From NCBI GenBank assembly GCA_964016885.1, contig OZ024740.1, positions 409,882,001 through 409,946,000 on the forward strand: DNA of 64,000 bases, in the 5' to 3' direction. Source of the stretch: Eledone cirrhosa. Its lineage: Eukaryota. Shown here one piece after another: positions 38,947-51,894 of the stretch. Numbering within the stretch: position 1 is the stretch's first letter; every line of letters begins with the position of its first letter. The translations under genes were made by a program, and so were the position numbers. The notes below the pieces were generated by a model, which saw only the letters and a list, made by a program, of their open reading frames with translations, had not been told where the DNA came from and ran no database searches.

Positions 38947-40105
38947 GCATAACCTGGAATCAAAAGGTCTTAAGTCAACATGGCAAAGACGAAAGTTCTA
39001 GTAAATGGTAAGGAAAACAAGGCCTGATCCCTTCTGGGAACAGCCCTGCTCAGTGTGTAGGAAAGGATTGGCTAGAAATTCTATCCTCTGTCCTAAATGC
39101 AAACTATGGGTACAGAAGAGATGTAGTAGGATCTCATGTAGGCTAGCAAAGAACATAGGTTTTACATGTGGGCAGTAATCAGCAAACACTCACTGGAAAC
39201 AAGCTCTATCAAATTTTTAGAGGGTTCCATAGAAGCAGCTTATAGTTTCTGTTACCTGGATGACCAAATTAACAGTGGAGGTAGGTGATCCGAAAGTACA
39301 GTAGCCAGAGTGAGAATGGGATGGAAAAAGTTAAAAGTGCTACTACCACTACTAGCTACAAAAGGCTTTTCCCTCAAAATGAAGAGCAGTGAGATTTAGG
39401 TACTGTATGCTGAGAATTTACGTAAATTGAAAAGAAATGAAGCTTGCATGTGGCAAAGCGTAAATTAACTGAGAGAGAAACTGGACATAAGCGGGATCAG
39501 ATGCAGTGTGCAAGAGAGGAGATTGCAGTGGTATGGACATCTGATTGTGAATGAAAGATAACAGCTGTATAAAAAGTTGATGGAAGCTATGGTGTAGGAA
39601 GACTTGGGATGAGGTGATAAAAGCTGATCTTGTACAATTGTACTTCTCAACGGCGATGACAGAATCAAGATCTCTAGCGTTTTGCTGTAATATAGAAGAC
39701 ACACCTTCACATGTTCATGGGTTAAAGCATACATGTAGCATGCACTATTTCCTCCTACCTTCCCTTCCCTTTCACCTCCCTAACACCCTATTCTTCACCC
39801 ATGTCCCTACACTCCACGCTTCACCAGATAAGTCACCCACCCTAGATTTACCTCTCAAACCTCCATGCACCTCTTCCACCCCAGCCCCAGTTCACACTGT
39901 AAAGTTGTTCTGGTGCTTTGATAAAAGACATCCAGTACGCACTGGATGCCTGGTTGGTGTTAGGAAGGGGATCCAGCCATAAAAGCCAAGCCCAAATCAG
40001 TTCTGTATGAGCAAAGACATAGTCATCTGATCTGGCATGTTTCACGACGAGACAACTTGTCTAACTCATGCTAGTGTGGGCAAATGAATGTTAAGCAGTG
40101 ATAAT
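38947..40105 (+). mobile_element. Older degenerate RTE LINE 3' portion
   Basis: Decayed LESKGL.VN..KTK, Cys-rich, YLD/G and WYGH remnants; 3' UTR with ggtgttaggaaggg. Confidence 0.8.
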
Positions 40106-40112
40106 GCTATCA

Positions 40113-40775
40113 TTGTCATCATCATCATTTTACATCCACTTTTCCCTGCTTGCAAGGGTGGGATGGGTTATATTCAGCACAGCATCTCTCCACTTGTCAC
40201 AGTCCTTTATCATCTCCTCCGTGCGCTTCAGCGATCTGAGGTCTGCTCTCACCGCCTCCACCCATGTTTTTCGTGGTCTTCCTCTATTGCGTCTTCCTTC
40301 TACTGGGATTTCTTGGCACTTCACCCAGCGGTCATCCTCCATGCGCATCACATGTCCATACTATTGCAGTCTTCTCTCCCGCACACAACTTATCCCTCTT
40401 ATACACAGTTTCTCACTCAACTCATCTATGCTTGGTCGTTCATGCACATTGTCATTGCACATCCAACGGAGCATGCTTTCTTCATTTCTCTCCAGCCGTG
40501 CATATCCTCCGCAGTTGCTGCCCATGTTTCGCTACCATGCAACATTGCGCATCTCACAGGCATCATATAACTGGCCTTTCGTACGCAGGGAGAAACCCTT
40601 CTTTGTCAACAAAGGAAGCAGCTCCCTAAACTTCTTCCAACCTGCCTTTATTCTAGATACTATAGCCTCGGAACCCCCAGCCCCCACCCACCCATGCTAA
40701 TCTGATCACTTAGGTACCAGAAGCTATCAACCACTTCTATAGAACCCACCTGCATTTGAGAAATGTGTCTCTATA
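40113..40775 (-). mobile_element. RTE LINE 3' fragment (third subfamily, short UTR)
   Basis: MMRMEDDRWVKCQEIPVEGRRNRGRPRKTW; (CAT)n tail at 40117-40128. Confidence 0.85.
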
Positions 40776-40779
40776 TATA

Positions 40780-41593
40780 TATAGTATGCACCATCCCACC
40801 CACCTCCCATCAGGGCAAGCGGAAGTATTCATCCAATGAAGCCTCCAGCCCATACTATAAAGTGGCCGTGATGGCGATACACCAAAAAAAAGCACCCAGG
40901 CCACACTGTAAAGTGGCCTTTTAGGAGTCATGGCAAAAAGTACTGTGTCCACACTATAAAGTGGTTGTCTAGGCATCACTGCAAAAAGCACCCAGTACTC
41001 ACTGTAAAAGAGGTTGGCATTAGGAAGGGCATCCTGGGATGAGGTGATAAAAGCCGACCTTACCCAACTACACCTCAAAGACAATGACACACGACCGTGA
41101 CTTCTGGCGTCACGCAGTAATACAGAGTACCCGACCTCCCATGGGTACATGCTGAAGCATATAAACAATATGCCCCCACACCCCCCACCGCAAGGTGGTC
41201 GTGGAGGTGCCACGGCAAAAAAGCACCCAGCCCACACTGTAAAGTGGACGTGTAGGCGCCACGAAAAAGCACCCAGCACTCACTGTAAATGAGGTTGGTG
41301 TTAGGAAGGGCATCCAGCTGTAGAAATCAAGCCAGATCAGTTCCTGTATGAGCAAGGCATGGTCAGCCGACCAGACACTGCACACAACAGCACAACCCGT
41401 CTAACCCATGCTAGCGTGGAAGAACGGACGTAAAACGGTGATGATGATGATGATGATGATCCAGCTGTAGAAACCAAGCCAAAATCAGTTCTGTGTGCGC
41501 AAGACATGGTCATCTGACCTGGCATTGCTCACAACGGAATAACTCGTCTAACTGATGCCAGCGTGGAAACATGGACATTTAACAGTAATGATA
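40780..41593 (+). mobile_element. RTE-type 3' UTR element (4 tandem modules) split by a nested insertion
   Basis: ...ttaggaagggcatcc (ending 41034) resumes as ccagctgtagaaacc (41461). Confidence 0.75.
41035..41460 (+). mobile_element. Short 3' fragment of RTE subfamily B with a clean (GAT)n tail
   Basis: Nearly identical to the reverse complement of 8890-9240. Confidence 0.9.
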
Positions 41594-42362
41594 ATATATA
41601 TATATAGGCCTTGTATATTATGTATATTATACATTGATTGATTATGTATGTGAATTGATATTTAATACATCCTTACACTACACAGACTTCCAATTTGGAA
41701 TATATGTTTTGTCATACAAATTCCTTCTTGTTTAATGGCATATATTAAAAAAAAAAAATTATTTTCAGTTTTTGTTTTAAGTTAGATATCTGGATTTTCT
41801 TTTGTGGTACTAGCAGCATTTCTGGCATTGTCCAGCACAAAAGTAGCTGTTGCCAAGAATTGTTCTGTATAATACTGAAATTCTCTTGTTTGTCTGTACC
41901 TTATTTGTGGTTCAGACTGACCAAACCCACCAAACGTTTTAATTTATGTACTCTTTCTTTTCCATAAAATAAGTTCCACCAAATTTCGTCAACTACAACT
42001 CTTGTAAATGTTGATTATATAAATCGATAGAAAAATTATCACTGCCATTATGAGCAACAATTACAAACAGTCAACTACACACAAATGTAGCAATGAATAC
42101 TTTCACATAAACAAATATATACAGAAGACAACAATAGTGCTGGTGCCATCACAAAAAGCACCCAGTCCATCTTGTAATGTGGTTGTGCTGGTGCCACCTC
42201 AAAACACACCCAGTCTACCTTGTGAGGTGGTTGTGCTGGTGCCACCACAAAAAGCATGTATTGAATGTGCAAGACATTTTTCTTTTGTATGGTATAAAAA
42301 TCTTGATGAAAATGTTCTTTTTTAAGTAAAAATTGATAGTTTTCACTTTTATATTTTATAAT

Positions 42363-42549
42363 TGTTTCTACATTTGGCACAAGGCCAGCAATTACCCAGT
42401 ACATTACTGGTACTTTATTTTATCGACCCCGTAAGGATGAAAGGCAAAGTTTACCTCGGCAGGATTTGAACTCAGAATGGCAAGGGTCGTAACTCTATGC
42501 ATCAAAGCATGGCGTCCAACCCTCTACCGATACTGCCAATTCACCGCCC
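42363..42549 (-). mobile_element. Full-length SINE with a 20-bp TSD
   Basis: tcacttttatattttataat at 42343-42362 and 42550-42569. Confidence 0.9.
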
Positions 42550-42589
42550 TCACTTTTATATTTTATAATGATTATCTGACAGCCATTGA

Positions 42590-42930
42590 TTTTTTAATAT
42601 CAAAATAAAGCAAAAAAGTCCTCTTCCTGACTATTATTTTCATCACAAATAGAGTTACTCGCATTACTGTTCAGCAATCAAAAACAAAAACTGAGTGGAA
42701 AATAAAGGTTGATTGAAGGGATCTGGCATGATATGTAAATGTCAGATTTTGATCAAAAGTATATGAAAAGAAAGTTCACACCCAGATCTTTCAAATGATA
42801 CATAATTGTCTATGGGAAACATGTATTCTGGCATGAAAATGATGAAGCAAAAAGTGGATTTTTGCGTAGTCAAAATATGCTTCTGGCGCCATTTCAGAGT
42901 TCTACTGTGATACCTCTTTTAAATAACACT
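42590..42930. mobile_element. Arm of a non-autonomous DNA transposon, same family as 59820-60150 and 61350-61500
   Basis: cagattttgatcaaaagtat...ctttcaaatgata...attgtc shared. Confidence 0.65.
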
Positions 42931-43247
42931 GAAACTTATATCAGCTTGGCTTTGAGCAGGAGCTCTTTGCTTTCTTAATCTCCATTATGTCAACAAATGC
43001 ACCCATTTGTGTACTGTATTACACCTCTGAGTACACCTCTGAGTACAAATATGTGTCTCATCCTCATGCAGGAAATATTCTTTGGGCATCTCTGTCTAAG
43101 ATCATAGGTTTGCTTGGTCAGAGCTAAATAACGACAATCCTGATTACATATATCTTAAATTTCTTATATCAATGATTTTTTTTCTTTGACAATAAATTCA
43201 ATGAACATTAGAAATCGTTTTTAATTGTTTTCTCTTCATTTTTGCAG

Positions 43248-43344
43248 TCTGAATCAGATGATGACATTTCATCCCGTCATAAATTGAAGAAAAAAAAGAA
43301 GTCTAGATCAGCCTCTCGCTCACCAAGTTATATGTCTGAATCAG
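43248..43344 (+). CDS. PRPF40A: PRPF40A exon, RS/acidic tail
   Basis: SESDDDISSRHKLKKKKKSRSASRSPSYMSES; tttgcag acceptor, gtgagt donor; phase 0/1. Confidence 0.88.
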
Positions 43345-43577
43345 GTGAGTGGTGTTAATTTTTTTTTTATTTTGGAGAGCATGCATATTTATCTATTTGC
43401 AAGTTGATATAGGTATGCTTTAGTTTGAGCAAGAGCATTCTAAAGTCTATATTTTTACACAAATCCCCTGTTGACCTACATACTGACTCACAACCTTCTC
43501 TAACAAAGCTATTTACTTTACAGTTTGCTACTATGTTCACAGATTTGCTTCTATGACTTTTATTTGCTATTATTTGG

Positions 43578-43758
43578 ATTGGCAGTATCGGTAGAGGGTT
43601 GGAAGCCATGCTTTGACGCATAGTTACGGCCCTTGCCATTCTGAGTTCAAATCCCGCCGAAGTAAACTTTGCCTTTCATCCTTACGGGGTCGATAAAATA
43701 AAGTACCAGTAATGCACTGGGTAATTGCTGGCCTTGTGCCAAAAGTAGAAACAATTAT
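43578..43758 (+). mobile_element. SINE, same family, inverted relative to 42363-42549
   Basis: Highly similar to the reverse complement of 42360-42540. Confidence 0.9.
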
Positions 43759-44599
43759 TTGCCCAAATTCACCATATACTTTTCTGCTATTTTTCCAGAT
43801 TCACTGTACTATTTGCTTCCAGTTGCCCAGATTCACTGTTTTTGTTGCTATATCTGTAAAGTAATATTTCTCTACCCACTAAAAGAAATAACTGCTGGTA
43901 CAACCCCATGGATATCTTTATTAGAATTGATATATCCTTGCTATTTCACTCTTTATGATTGTATCATATTAAATTTGTTTTAATTTTCTTCAAGACATAC
44001 ATATAAGCTAGTTTTTAATGTTTACTAAAACATCTTGCACACAAAACAACAGAGAAAACCAGCTTATTTTGATGTTTTATATGTCCTTCAGTGTGTGCCA
44101 TTGACCCCAGAGAGTGGGGGACTAAAGGGTCACCTCTACTTTGTGTCAGTTCTTATTCTGGAGTTACTGCATTCACAGTCATGTAGCCTAGATTGTCCTT
44201 GACTCTCAGATCCATTTTGGCATGTTTTCTATAGCTGGATTTGTTTCCTATTATCAACTATATTACAGGAGTATACTGGATAAAATTTATCTTGTAACTA
44301 GCTCTCGAGAGTTTATCTCATGTATTCTGTAACAGTTTTTCTTCAGTTACTGCCCTCCCAGATGAGCCTGCAATTCAGTTTGCAGGGTTCCTGTTTCACT
44401 TGTACAAGTTATAAATATTTGCGCTTTGTTTACTGCGATGTAATTATATTTTGGCTGCATGTATAATATTTTAGGTTTTATTGTTAACACATCAGGATAT
44501 TTTTGCTTTTACACTTTGACATGTTTTCTAACTGAAACAAAATATCTGTTTTACCACGTGAGACCCAACTAACAAATGGAAATTAATAAGAGATCCTGT

Positions 44600-44840
44600 C
44601 TCTAATCTTCTTCTTCACCCACTTATTTCTGAGGTTGTGGGGGTAGGGTCTTCAAACATTCCTTCGAGCACGTCCTGTCAGAAGCAACCGTCGCCAACTG
44701 ATTCGGCTGGATCCCCAAGCGAGATCATTCAGCCATCTGGGTCTCCAGTTGGTTTTGCCCATAAAATCTGTCCAGTGATTCTTTCCTGAGACATTCTAAC
44801 CATATGCCCATAGTATTGGAGCTGTGATCTCTTGTCTCTA
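44600..44840 (-). mobile_element. 3' fragment of a different RTE-type LINE
   Basis: Minus strand RSQLQYYGHMVRMSQERITGQILWAKPTG. Confidence 0.65.
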
Positions 44841-45228
44841 ATGCTAATGAAAAATAATTATCAGTTCAATGTCATATATGATATACAGAGACTAACTTTT
44901 GTACCTCACTGTTCTATTTTTACTGAGGCTAATTGTACATAATTCTTCCAGGGCGATTCAATTGACGTTTTTCTACACCATAGTTCCATTATATCTAGTG
45001 AAAATAATGCATATAAACAGATTGATTATAAATGTTATCCTGTGTGTGTGTGTGTTATTCCTCACTCATGATTTTACATAGGTCTTCCTATGCTTGCATG
45101 GGTTTGATGGACCTGTCACCTGGTACAAAATAAAGATAAAATTGTTAATCTCTTTTGTTGTGTAGGACTTTTTTGTTGGTATGGTTTTTCAACAGCTGAA
45201 TGCTCTTCCTATGGCCAACCACTGCACA

Positions 45229-45232
<4 letters not shown>

Positions 45233-45272
<40 letters not shown>
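45233..45272. repeat. (AT)n microsatellite; others at ~45878-45891 and 46088-46116
   Basis: Read directly. Confidence 0.9.
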
Positions 45273-45276
<4 letters not shown>

Positions 45277-45609
45277 GTTTGTTTGTATATTAAGTTGAAC
45301 ACTAATATTTATTTTAATTAACTACAAATATTATTGCTAATAACATAGAAATTAGTACATTATTTCAGGATACTACAAGGGATAGGGTTTATAAGCCCCT
45401 TGTCACATATTTTCTTATGATTGTTTAGAGGATGTACATGCTTTCTGATGAAAACCCAAATAGGTTTGAAAGTCAATTTATAATTTTTCCATATATTCTG
45501 GACTTAATTCTAGATGGAATTGAAACACTTAGTAGAAAGTGTCCTCACTAAAAACAAATAAACACAATTTGATAGAGCAATGCTATCATATTCAATTACC
45601 TATCTTAAC

Positions 45610-45684
45610 ACTGTGTCCCAAAAAATGTATACACACCTCAACAGTATTCTAATAAATATATGTATACATTTTTTGGAACACTAT
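45610..45684. mobile_element. Tc1/mariner-type mini-MITE
   Basis: tgtgtcccaaaaaatgtataca...tgtatacattttttggaacac. Confidence 0.65.
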
Positions 45685-45888
45685 ATCATCATCATCATCA
45701 TTTAACGTCCATCTTCCATGCTAGCATATATATGTGTTAAGTATTTCTGTAGAAAAGGTAAAGAAAAGAAGAGTTCTCTATTTCATCTGATGAATGGGCT
45801 GGACGTTTCTGTAAGAATCGTCTAGTTTCTTGAAACCTTTGGTAATGGAATAATTATATTGTTGTTTATTATGTAATTATATATATAT

Positions 45889-46010
45889 ATAGGAAAAGAG
45901 TCAGGACCCTGACGGCTGAGCTCTGGCCGTTTCAACAGCTAGATCCGAACTTGTGTTTAGCTGTCGAAATGGCCGGAGCTCAGCTGTCGGGATTCTGACT
46001 CTTTTCTTAT
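45889..46010 (+). other. GC-rich ~50-bp-stem hairpin between (TA)n tracts
   Basis: Arms 45893-45941 and 45958-46006 pair at 42/49 positions by Watson-Crick, plus 5 G-U and 2 A-C. Confidence 0.85.
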
Positions 46011-46085
46011 TACCCCACTCTACTACCCTAAGTATTGAGTACTCTAGTGCTTTATGGTCCACCTGGTATCTTACCACACCCTCTT

Positions 46086-46127
<42 letters not shown>

Positions 46128-48554
46128 AATATATACACATATAAATATATCTATATAAAATTGACTTCATATATTGCTACTAATGTTTTCTACTTACTCT
46201 TGGCTACAATAATTACATACAAAATTACTCAAACGATCTAATCCAGTTTGTCAACTATTTATCCCATCTGCTCTCTTTTTATATATCACAATGATTATTT
46301 ATTAGTAGTACTATCACATTGATGAAAACTGGGCTTTTAAGTTAGCTTGCATCACAATTTTCCCCCAATTCTCTCTTTAACTGCAGATTGAAGCACAATG
46401 CATGTGATGTTGAGGTGTTAGATTAGTAATCATTTGATCATATATGTCACACTATTTGTTATTGTGTTGCACCTTTGAGCAAGGCAACTAATCTGCCTTT
46501 TCCACTTTGCATAATGGTTGAGTTATCATAAGACTTCAAAAAGAATTGCTGAAATAAGCTTTCTTGCCCATGCATACACAAAACAATGAATTCATAATTC
46601 ACACATACATATATACACATATTGCACACATTGTAAATGTAAGGCATTAGTGTTAAGATAGGTGTTAGAATATGATAGCATTACTCTATCAAATTATTTG
46701 TTTTTAGTGAGGACACTTTCTACTAAGTGTTTCAATTCCATCTAGCTTTCAGAATTAGGTCCTAGAATATATGGAAAAAAGTAATCTGTTAAACCAGTAT
46801 CGTATCCAGGAGAGTTTTATCTCCCTTCTATTTAACACTACAGAAACCAGCATTAAGTATTTTGTCCTGTGGGATTAGGGTGTTCTGGAAAAGGATACAT
46901 TTATGTGCATGTATGTGTGTTTGTGTATTACTAACAAATACAAATATGAAAAACCTTTCGTTTATTTGATAAGTTTTTGTATTGAAGTCTGAATATTTTA
47001 TCTTTGATTGTTTGTTTCCATTAACTATTATTGTACTTTGGTCTAACTCGTAATTTAACTCAGAATTTCTTCTCAATTTTATTATATACAAATGTGTTCT
47101 TTCTTAACTGTTTTACTACACTGGCTACATTTAATGTCTTAGAATGTTTTCTTCGTAATTCTGTCTGTCTGTTCCTAGCAACTTTTCCTGTACTGGCACT
47201 GCACAGCTCAGTAATTTAATCCATAGATTGTAGTTTGTGTGATTAAATTGCCCCTCTTCCCGCTTGTGACCAACATAACATATTCTAAGTTCAAATCCCA
47301 CTAACAACTCGTAATATTTAACTGAGTTTCTTTAATCTTCTTGTGTGTGGAGTGCTTCATTTTTAATTTTCTTTTGTTATGATTTCTTAATTTTTCTTTG
47401 CTTATTATATTGAAGTTTAGCCTTGTTTTATTTATAAAATGTTCCTCTTATAAATTTTAAATTGTTATAAGTGGAACTTTATTTGATCAGCATTGAAATT
47501 GGAGTTATTAAAAATCTAACATATCTTGTCAGTTGTCTACATACAGTTAACTCTGCGAAAGATTCCCTTCATCAGCTGTTTCTTTGGGATATCGTCTTGA
47601 TTTCGACACCTGATTCCAACAGTGTTAGTCCATTTAGCAGTGTCCGGCAGTATGAGGTTACCTGGAAATGTCCTGGAATTCATAAAGCATGGCATTTTTG
47701 AAGGAGCTCTGCCTGTATCCAATGTCTACAAAACTAAAGAGTAAAATTTGCAAACAACCTATTTGTATTGCTACATCCATAATGATGAGTACTTGTACAA
47801 AGTAGTGGCATTGTACCTATTAGTTATTTTTCTTTCTGGTTCCTTGTTCAAACATACACACATGCACCTGTGTGTGTCTCTGTATGTCTTAATTTATTGT
47901 ACAAGGTAGCTGATTCAAGATGCATACACAATTTGTTTGGCATCCATATAAAGTGAGGTAGATGTTTTTTTTTTTCTTTTTAGTGAGGGGAAGATTTGGA
48001 GCTGCTATCCTTATTAAAAAAAAATACCTAAAGATTTAGATGTGATATATAGTTTATCTATAACTTTAGATCATTGTTTTATTTGTTTGTTTCTTCTCTT
48101 TTCTTTGGTATTACTACAGAAATGTTTACAAGTAGGAACTATATCTACTGTAATATTACTTGACGATTGTGTTGTTGACAGAGATGTTGGCAGATGAAAG
48201 CATCAGTTTGCCGATAGATAATTTTATCATTAATTCTACTAATGTTACTGTTGCTGTTATAATAATAATAATATTCCAATTATAAAGATCTTGATAGAAA
48301 TAACCTGAACATGGATGATGAAAACAAACAAAACCAAAAACAAGACTGCACATACCCAAGGCAGACAGAGTTGTGCTTGGTAATGAAGAGATGGCACACA
48401 GTAGAAATAAGATAATATACAGTATACACTACTAGACACACATTTTATGAAAAGTACTCTAAACACAAAAGAAGCATCACCAAAAACAACACTGCACATT
48501 CCCGACGTGCTTGGTAATGTAGTGCACCATGCAATAAAAGAAAATAATAATAAT

Positions 48555-48690
48555 TTCTAATTTAGGCACAAAGCCAGCAGTTTTAAGGGGAGGCAAATGT
48601 TGATTATATCAATCAACGCCAGTATGTGACTGGTACTTTATTTTATTGACTCCAGAAAGATGAATCAAAGATGGTTTTGGCAAGATTTAA
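48555..48690 (-). mobile_element. Degenerate SINE interrupted by a TTAA MITE
   Basis: ggcacaaagccagcag...tggtactttatttt...; gatttaa|MITE|actcggaac. Confidence 0.6.
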
Positions 48691-48909
48691 TCTTTTAGCA
48701 TTTACATTACTCTATTTAGTATCGTATTTTGACAGTAAACACTTTACCTCACATAATTAATTTCAGATAATATCGAATCTATAAGATTTTGATATTATTT
48801 ATTTTGAGAACAATATCTTAACAGCAGTATAAGCAGCTGGTTACGGTCGGTTTGAACAAAAAGTGTAAAAGAATTCTGGCTGGATATGGCCGGTTTAAAA
48901 GCTAAAGGG
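48691..48909 (+). mobile_element. TTAA MITE
   Basis: ttaa|tcttttagcatttac...gctaaaggg|ttaa. Confidence 0.8.
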
Positions 48910-49236
48910 TTAAACTCGGAACATAAAGAGTCATAATCAAAGACATTTTATCTGATGCTTTCATGATTCTGCCAAATAAATATATCAATGATGAAAATTG
49001 CAAGTATTGATCTTAAAATGTTGAGTTATCTAAGTCACTTGAGACACATTGAATCTGAATATTTAAAATCTCATCTTGGATATCTTTGGTATGTAACCAA
49101 AAATTAAAATATAGTGTTGTTAGCAGCTATTGGATTCTCTCCACCCCATTTTTTTTTTTAACCAACCATCTATTTAAAATATACTTACTCTGAAATGGAC
49201 AGAATTAGACCGAAATTTTTCTGTCTTGAATTGCAG

Positions 49237-49307
49237 ATGACCAAGAAATGGAAAGGGCATCGAAAAGACACAAAAAGAAATCCAAAAAGAAAAAACATCT
49301 TTCCAGA
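49237..49307 (+). CDS. PRPF40A: PRPF40A exon, K-rich tail
   Basis: (D)DQEMERASKRHKKKSKKKKHLSR; ttgcag acceptor, gtaagt donor; phase 1/0 matches the previous exon. Confidence 0.88.
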
Positions 49308-50689
49308 GTAAGTACTAGATGGCATGGATGCTATTAGTAATATATATATATATATATGGTTTTTGTCTGCTCATGTATGCATTGCTTCTGTGTATGTTTC
49401 TGTGTGTGTTGTGGTGAAAGCATATGTGTGTTCTCACTGAACTTTTCTGTAAACTCGAGTTTTGTTGTACAGAAAGCAAAACTAAAGAAAAAAAAAATAA
49501 TCTTCAAAATTTCATTCATGTCTAATTTTCTTCAATTAAATTGTGGTTTCTACATATTAGAAACACGTCTCATCATTTTTAAATTGTTCCCTGTAGATGT
49601 TAACTGCTAGAATTTTTTTGATAATATAGGTATTGCTTATATTGTTTGTTGTTATGATTTAAGGAATCAGTTCATTTTTTTGTAGAGATTTTTGTTGTGT
49701 TCAGCTTTTTAGTATTTATAGCTGTTTCTACTGAGAGGAGATTAGACAGAAATAAAGCACAATTCCTTTATGGTGTTATGTCAACTGAAAATGCTGTGCC
49801 ATACACTATAAGGATGCTGAGTAACTCATTTCATGTGCCATATATAGAGTTTTAGCTTTCAAATACTTCTAATTATCTCCATATATTTTTCACCAGACCT
49901 TATTTTTAAACACACTAGTAGCAATAACCCATTTAGTTTATCTTATGTAGTAATTTTGAAGCTGTCTTGATAAGTTTCATTGTATTTAATTATAAAAAAA
50001 TTTCCATTTATATATAAACTTAATATGCATGAATTTCTGTGTGTAGTATGTGTATGTTTATAAGTATGTGTGTGGTGTGTGTATGTGTAATACATATATA
50101 CACATACATACATACATACATATGATTATGTATATATGTGTATATACATGTATGTGTGTGTATATATATATATAAATAAATATGAAGATGTTTGTGTTTA
50201 TATGATCTTTGTAAAATTGTAATTCTTTTCAGGAACTAAATAGACAACTTTATTATTTTTTTGTCATGGTGCATCTTTAGACTCTCTTATTGTTATGTAG
50301 CTGATGGAGTTAGTTTAGGGAATTGTTTTTGGTTTCTACACAACAACATCTAGTTAAAATTGTGTTCATGTTGAGAATCTCTTGCCTCCCCCTCATGTTT
50401 ATTTAAATCAGTACTTGTAATGTATTGAATGCTAAGTGAGTTAATTCTACTGTATCCTTCCAATGACGGCTTTGTTTTTCTCTTTTGTTTCTAACAAAAA
50501 AGAAAAAGAAAATCATCAAAACAGGGAAATCATTTTTATGCATGCTGTGTTTTGATGTAATTGGTTTTTCCACTCATATTAATTAGCATATTATTTACTA
50601 AAGTCTATTGTTTGTAATTTCTTATGTGAGTTTTCACTATGGTAATTGAAATATTTTTGATAATTAATCTTCAAAGCAAATGCTTGGAA

Positions 50690-51150
50690 GGCACACTAGA
50701 AGTTATGGGTAGTTTCTGTTATCTATGTGATCTTCATCAGCAGTAGGGATGGATGTGCCGAAAGCATAGTAGCCAGAATAAGAAGAGGGGGGCTGTTACT
50801 TTTGCTGGTAACAAAAAAGCTTTTTCCTGAGTGGGACTCAGATTGCTTGTGTACAAACTAAATTGAAAAGAAATGAGGTGAGTATGCTGGTGCTCATGAA
50901 TGGTGGAGTTTGAATGAGTTGAGAGGAAAATTATGCATAAGAAAACTCAGATGTAACATACAATAGAGAATGCTGCACTAGTGTGGACATATGCATATGG
51001 GGGTTGTTAGTTGTGTAAAGGAGTGCCAAACCCTTGAAGTTGATGGAATGTGGAAGAAGATGGGGTGAAATGGTGAAAATTGACCTCTGGCAGAGATGGC
51101 TATGACTGCAGTAACTGGCAACATGTGGTGCTGAAGAAAGCTTGCCCACT
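50690..51150 (+). mobile_element. Highly degenerate RTE 3' coding fragment
   Basis: ccgaaagcatagtagccagaataaga and gagttgagaggaaaatt remnants. Confidence 0.6.
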
Positions 51151-51289
51151 GATAAAGGCCAGGCACCCTCCCTACTGCTCTATCTATTATATTCACCCTC
51201 CCATATACCACCACCTATCTAGCCAGCTGTGACAATTAGCCTGGCCATACTTGATCTCTCTACCTTCATTCTTATTATCTTTATTGAAT

Positions 51290-51495
51290 GGATTGGCAGA
51301 GCCGTTAGAGCGTCAGACAAATACTTAGCAGTATTTTTTCTGACACATTGTTCTGATATTAAATCCTACCAAGGTTAACTTTGCCTTTCATCCTTCCCAG
51401 GTTGATAAAATAAAGTACTAGTTAAGTACTGGAGTGGATACAATTGACTTCCCCCTCTCCCAAATTGCTGGTTTTGTGCCAGTGTTAGAATTATT
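51290..51495 (+). mobile_element. Older SINE copy of the central-domain family
   Basis: ttggcagagccgttagagcgtc...gcctttcatccttcccaggttgataaaataaagtac. Confidence 0.75.
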
Positions 51496-51894
51496 GTCAT
51501 TATCAGTGTACTTCTCCCTTCATCACCCACCCATTCTTCTGCCTATTTCCATTATCTCCCACAGCTTACCATAACTCTCTCCCCTCTGTCATGGCACTGT
51601 CTGCTGTTGGACATAATCTCTTTCTTTCATTCTTCTTAACCACCTGCCCGTCCATCCTACCAACAAGCAACATGTAGCTCCCATCTTTCCTACCACACTG
51701 TTAATCATACACATATACTCCCTCACTATTTATTGATCGTTTCCTTGCAACAAAGCTGCCACTCCCAAACCACCAAACTTCTTCTGTCTCTACTCTGTGA
51801 TCATGCTTGCCTCAGAATATAGCAACACCTCTAATGTTAATGCTACTATGAAAACCACCTGGTACACTCAGTAGAAGTGTTAGCATTTGAACAA

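Larger units (their letters stand above)
45485..46779. repeat. ~110-bp inverted repeat pair (45485-45593 / 46668-46779)
   Basis: ctagatggaattgaaacacttagtagaaagtgtcctcactaaaaacaaataa and its exact reverse complement. Confidence 0.88.

Noticed and set aside
45901-46241. ORFs rich in YI/IY repeats (and other hydrophobic short ORFs in introns)
   Set aside because: Translations of (AT)n microsatellites and AT-rich intron sequence
48120-48163. Possible alternative exon after the ctacag acceptor
   Set aside because: Hits a stop quickly, no similarity to the protein and no convincing donor
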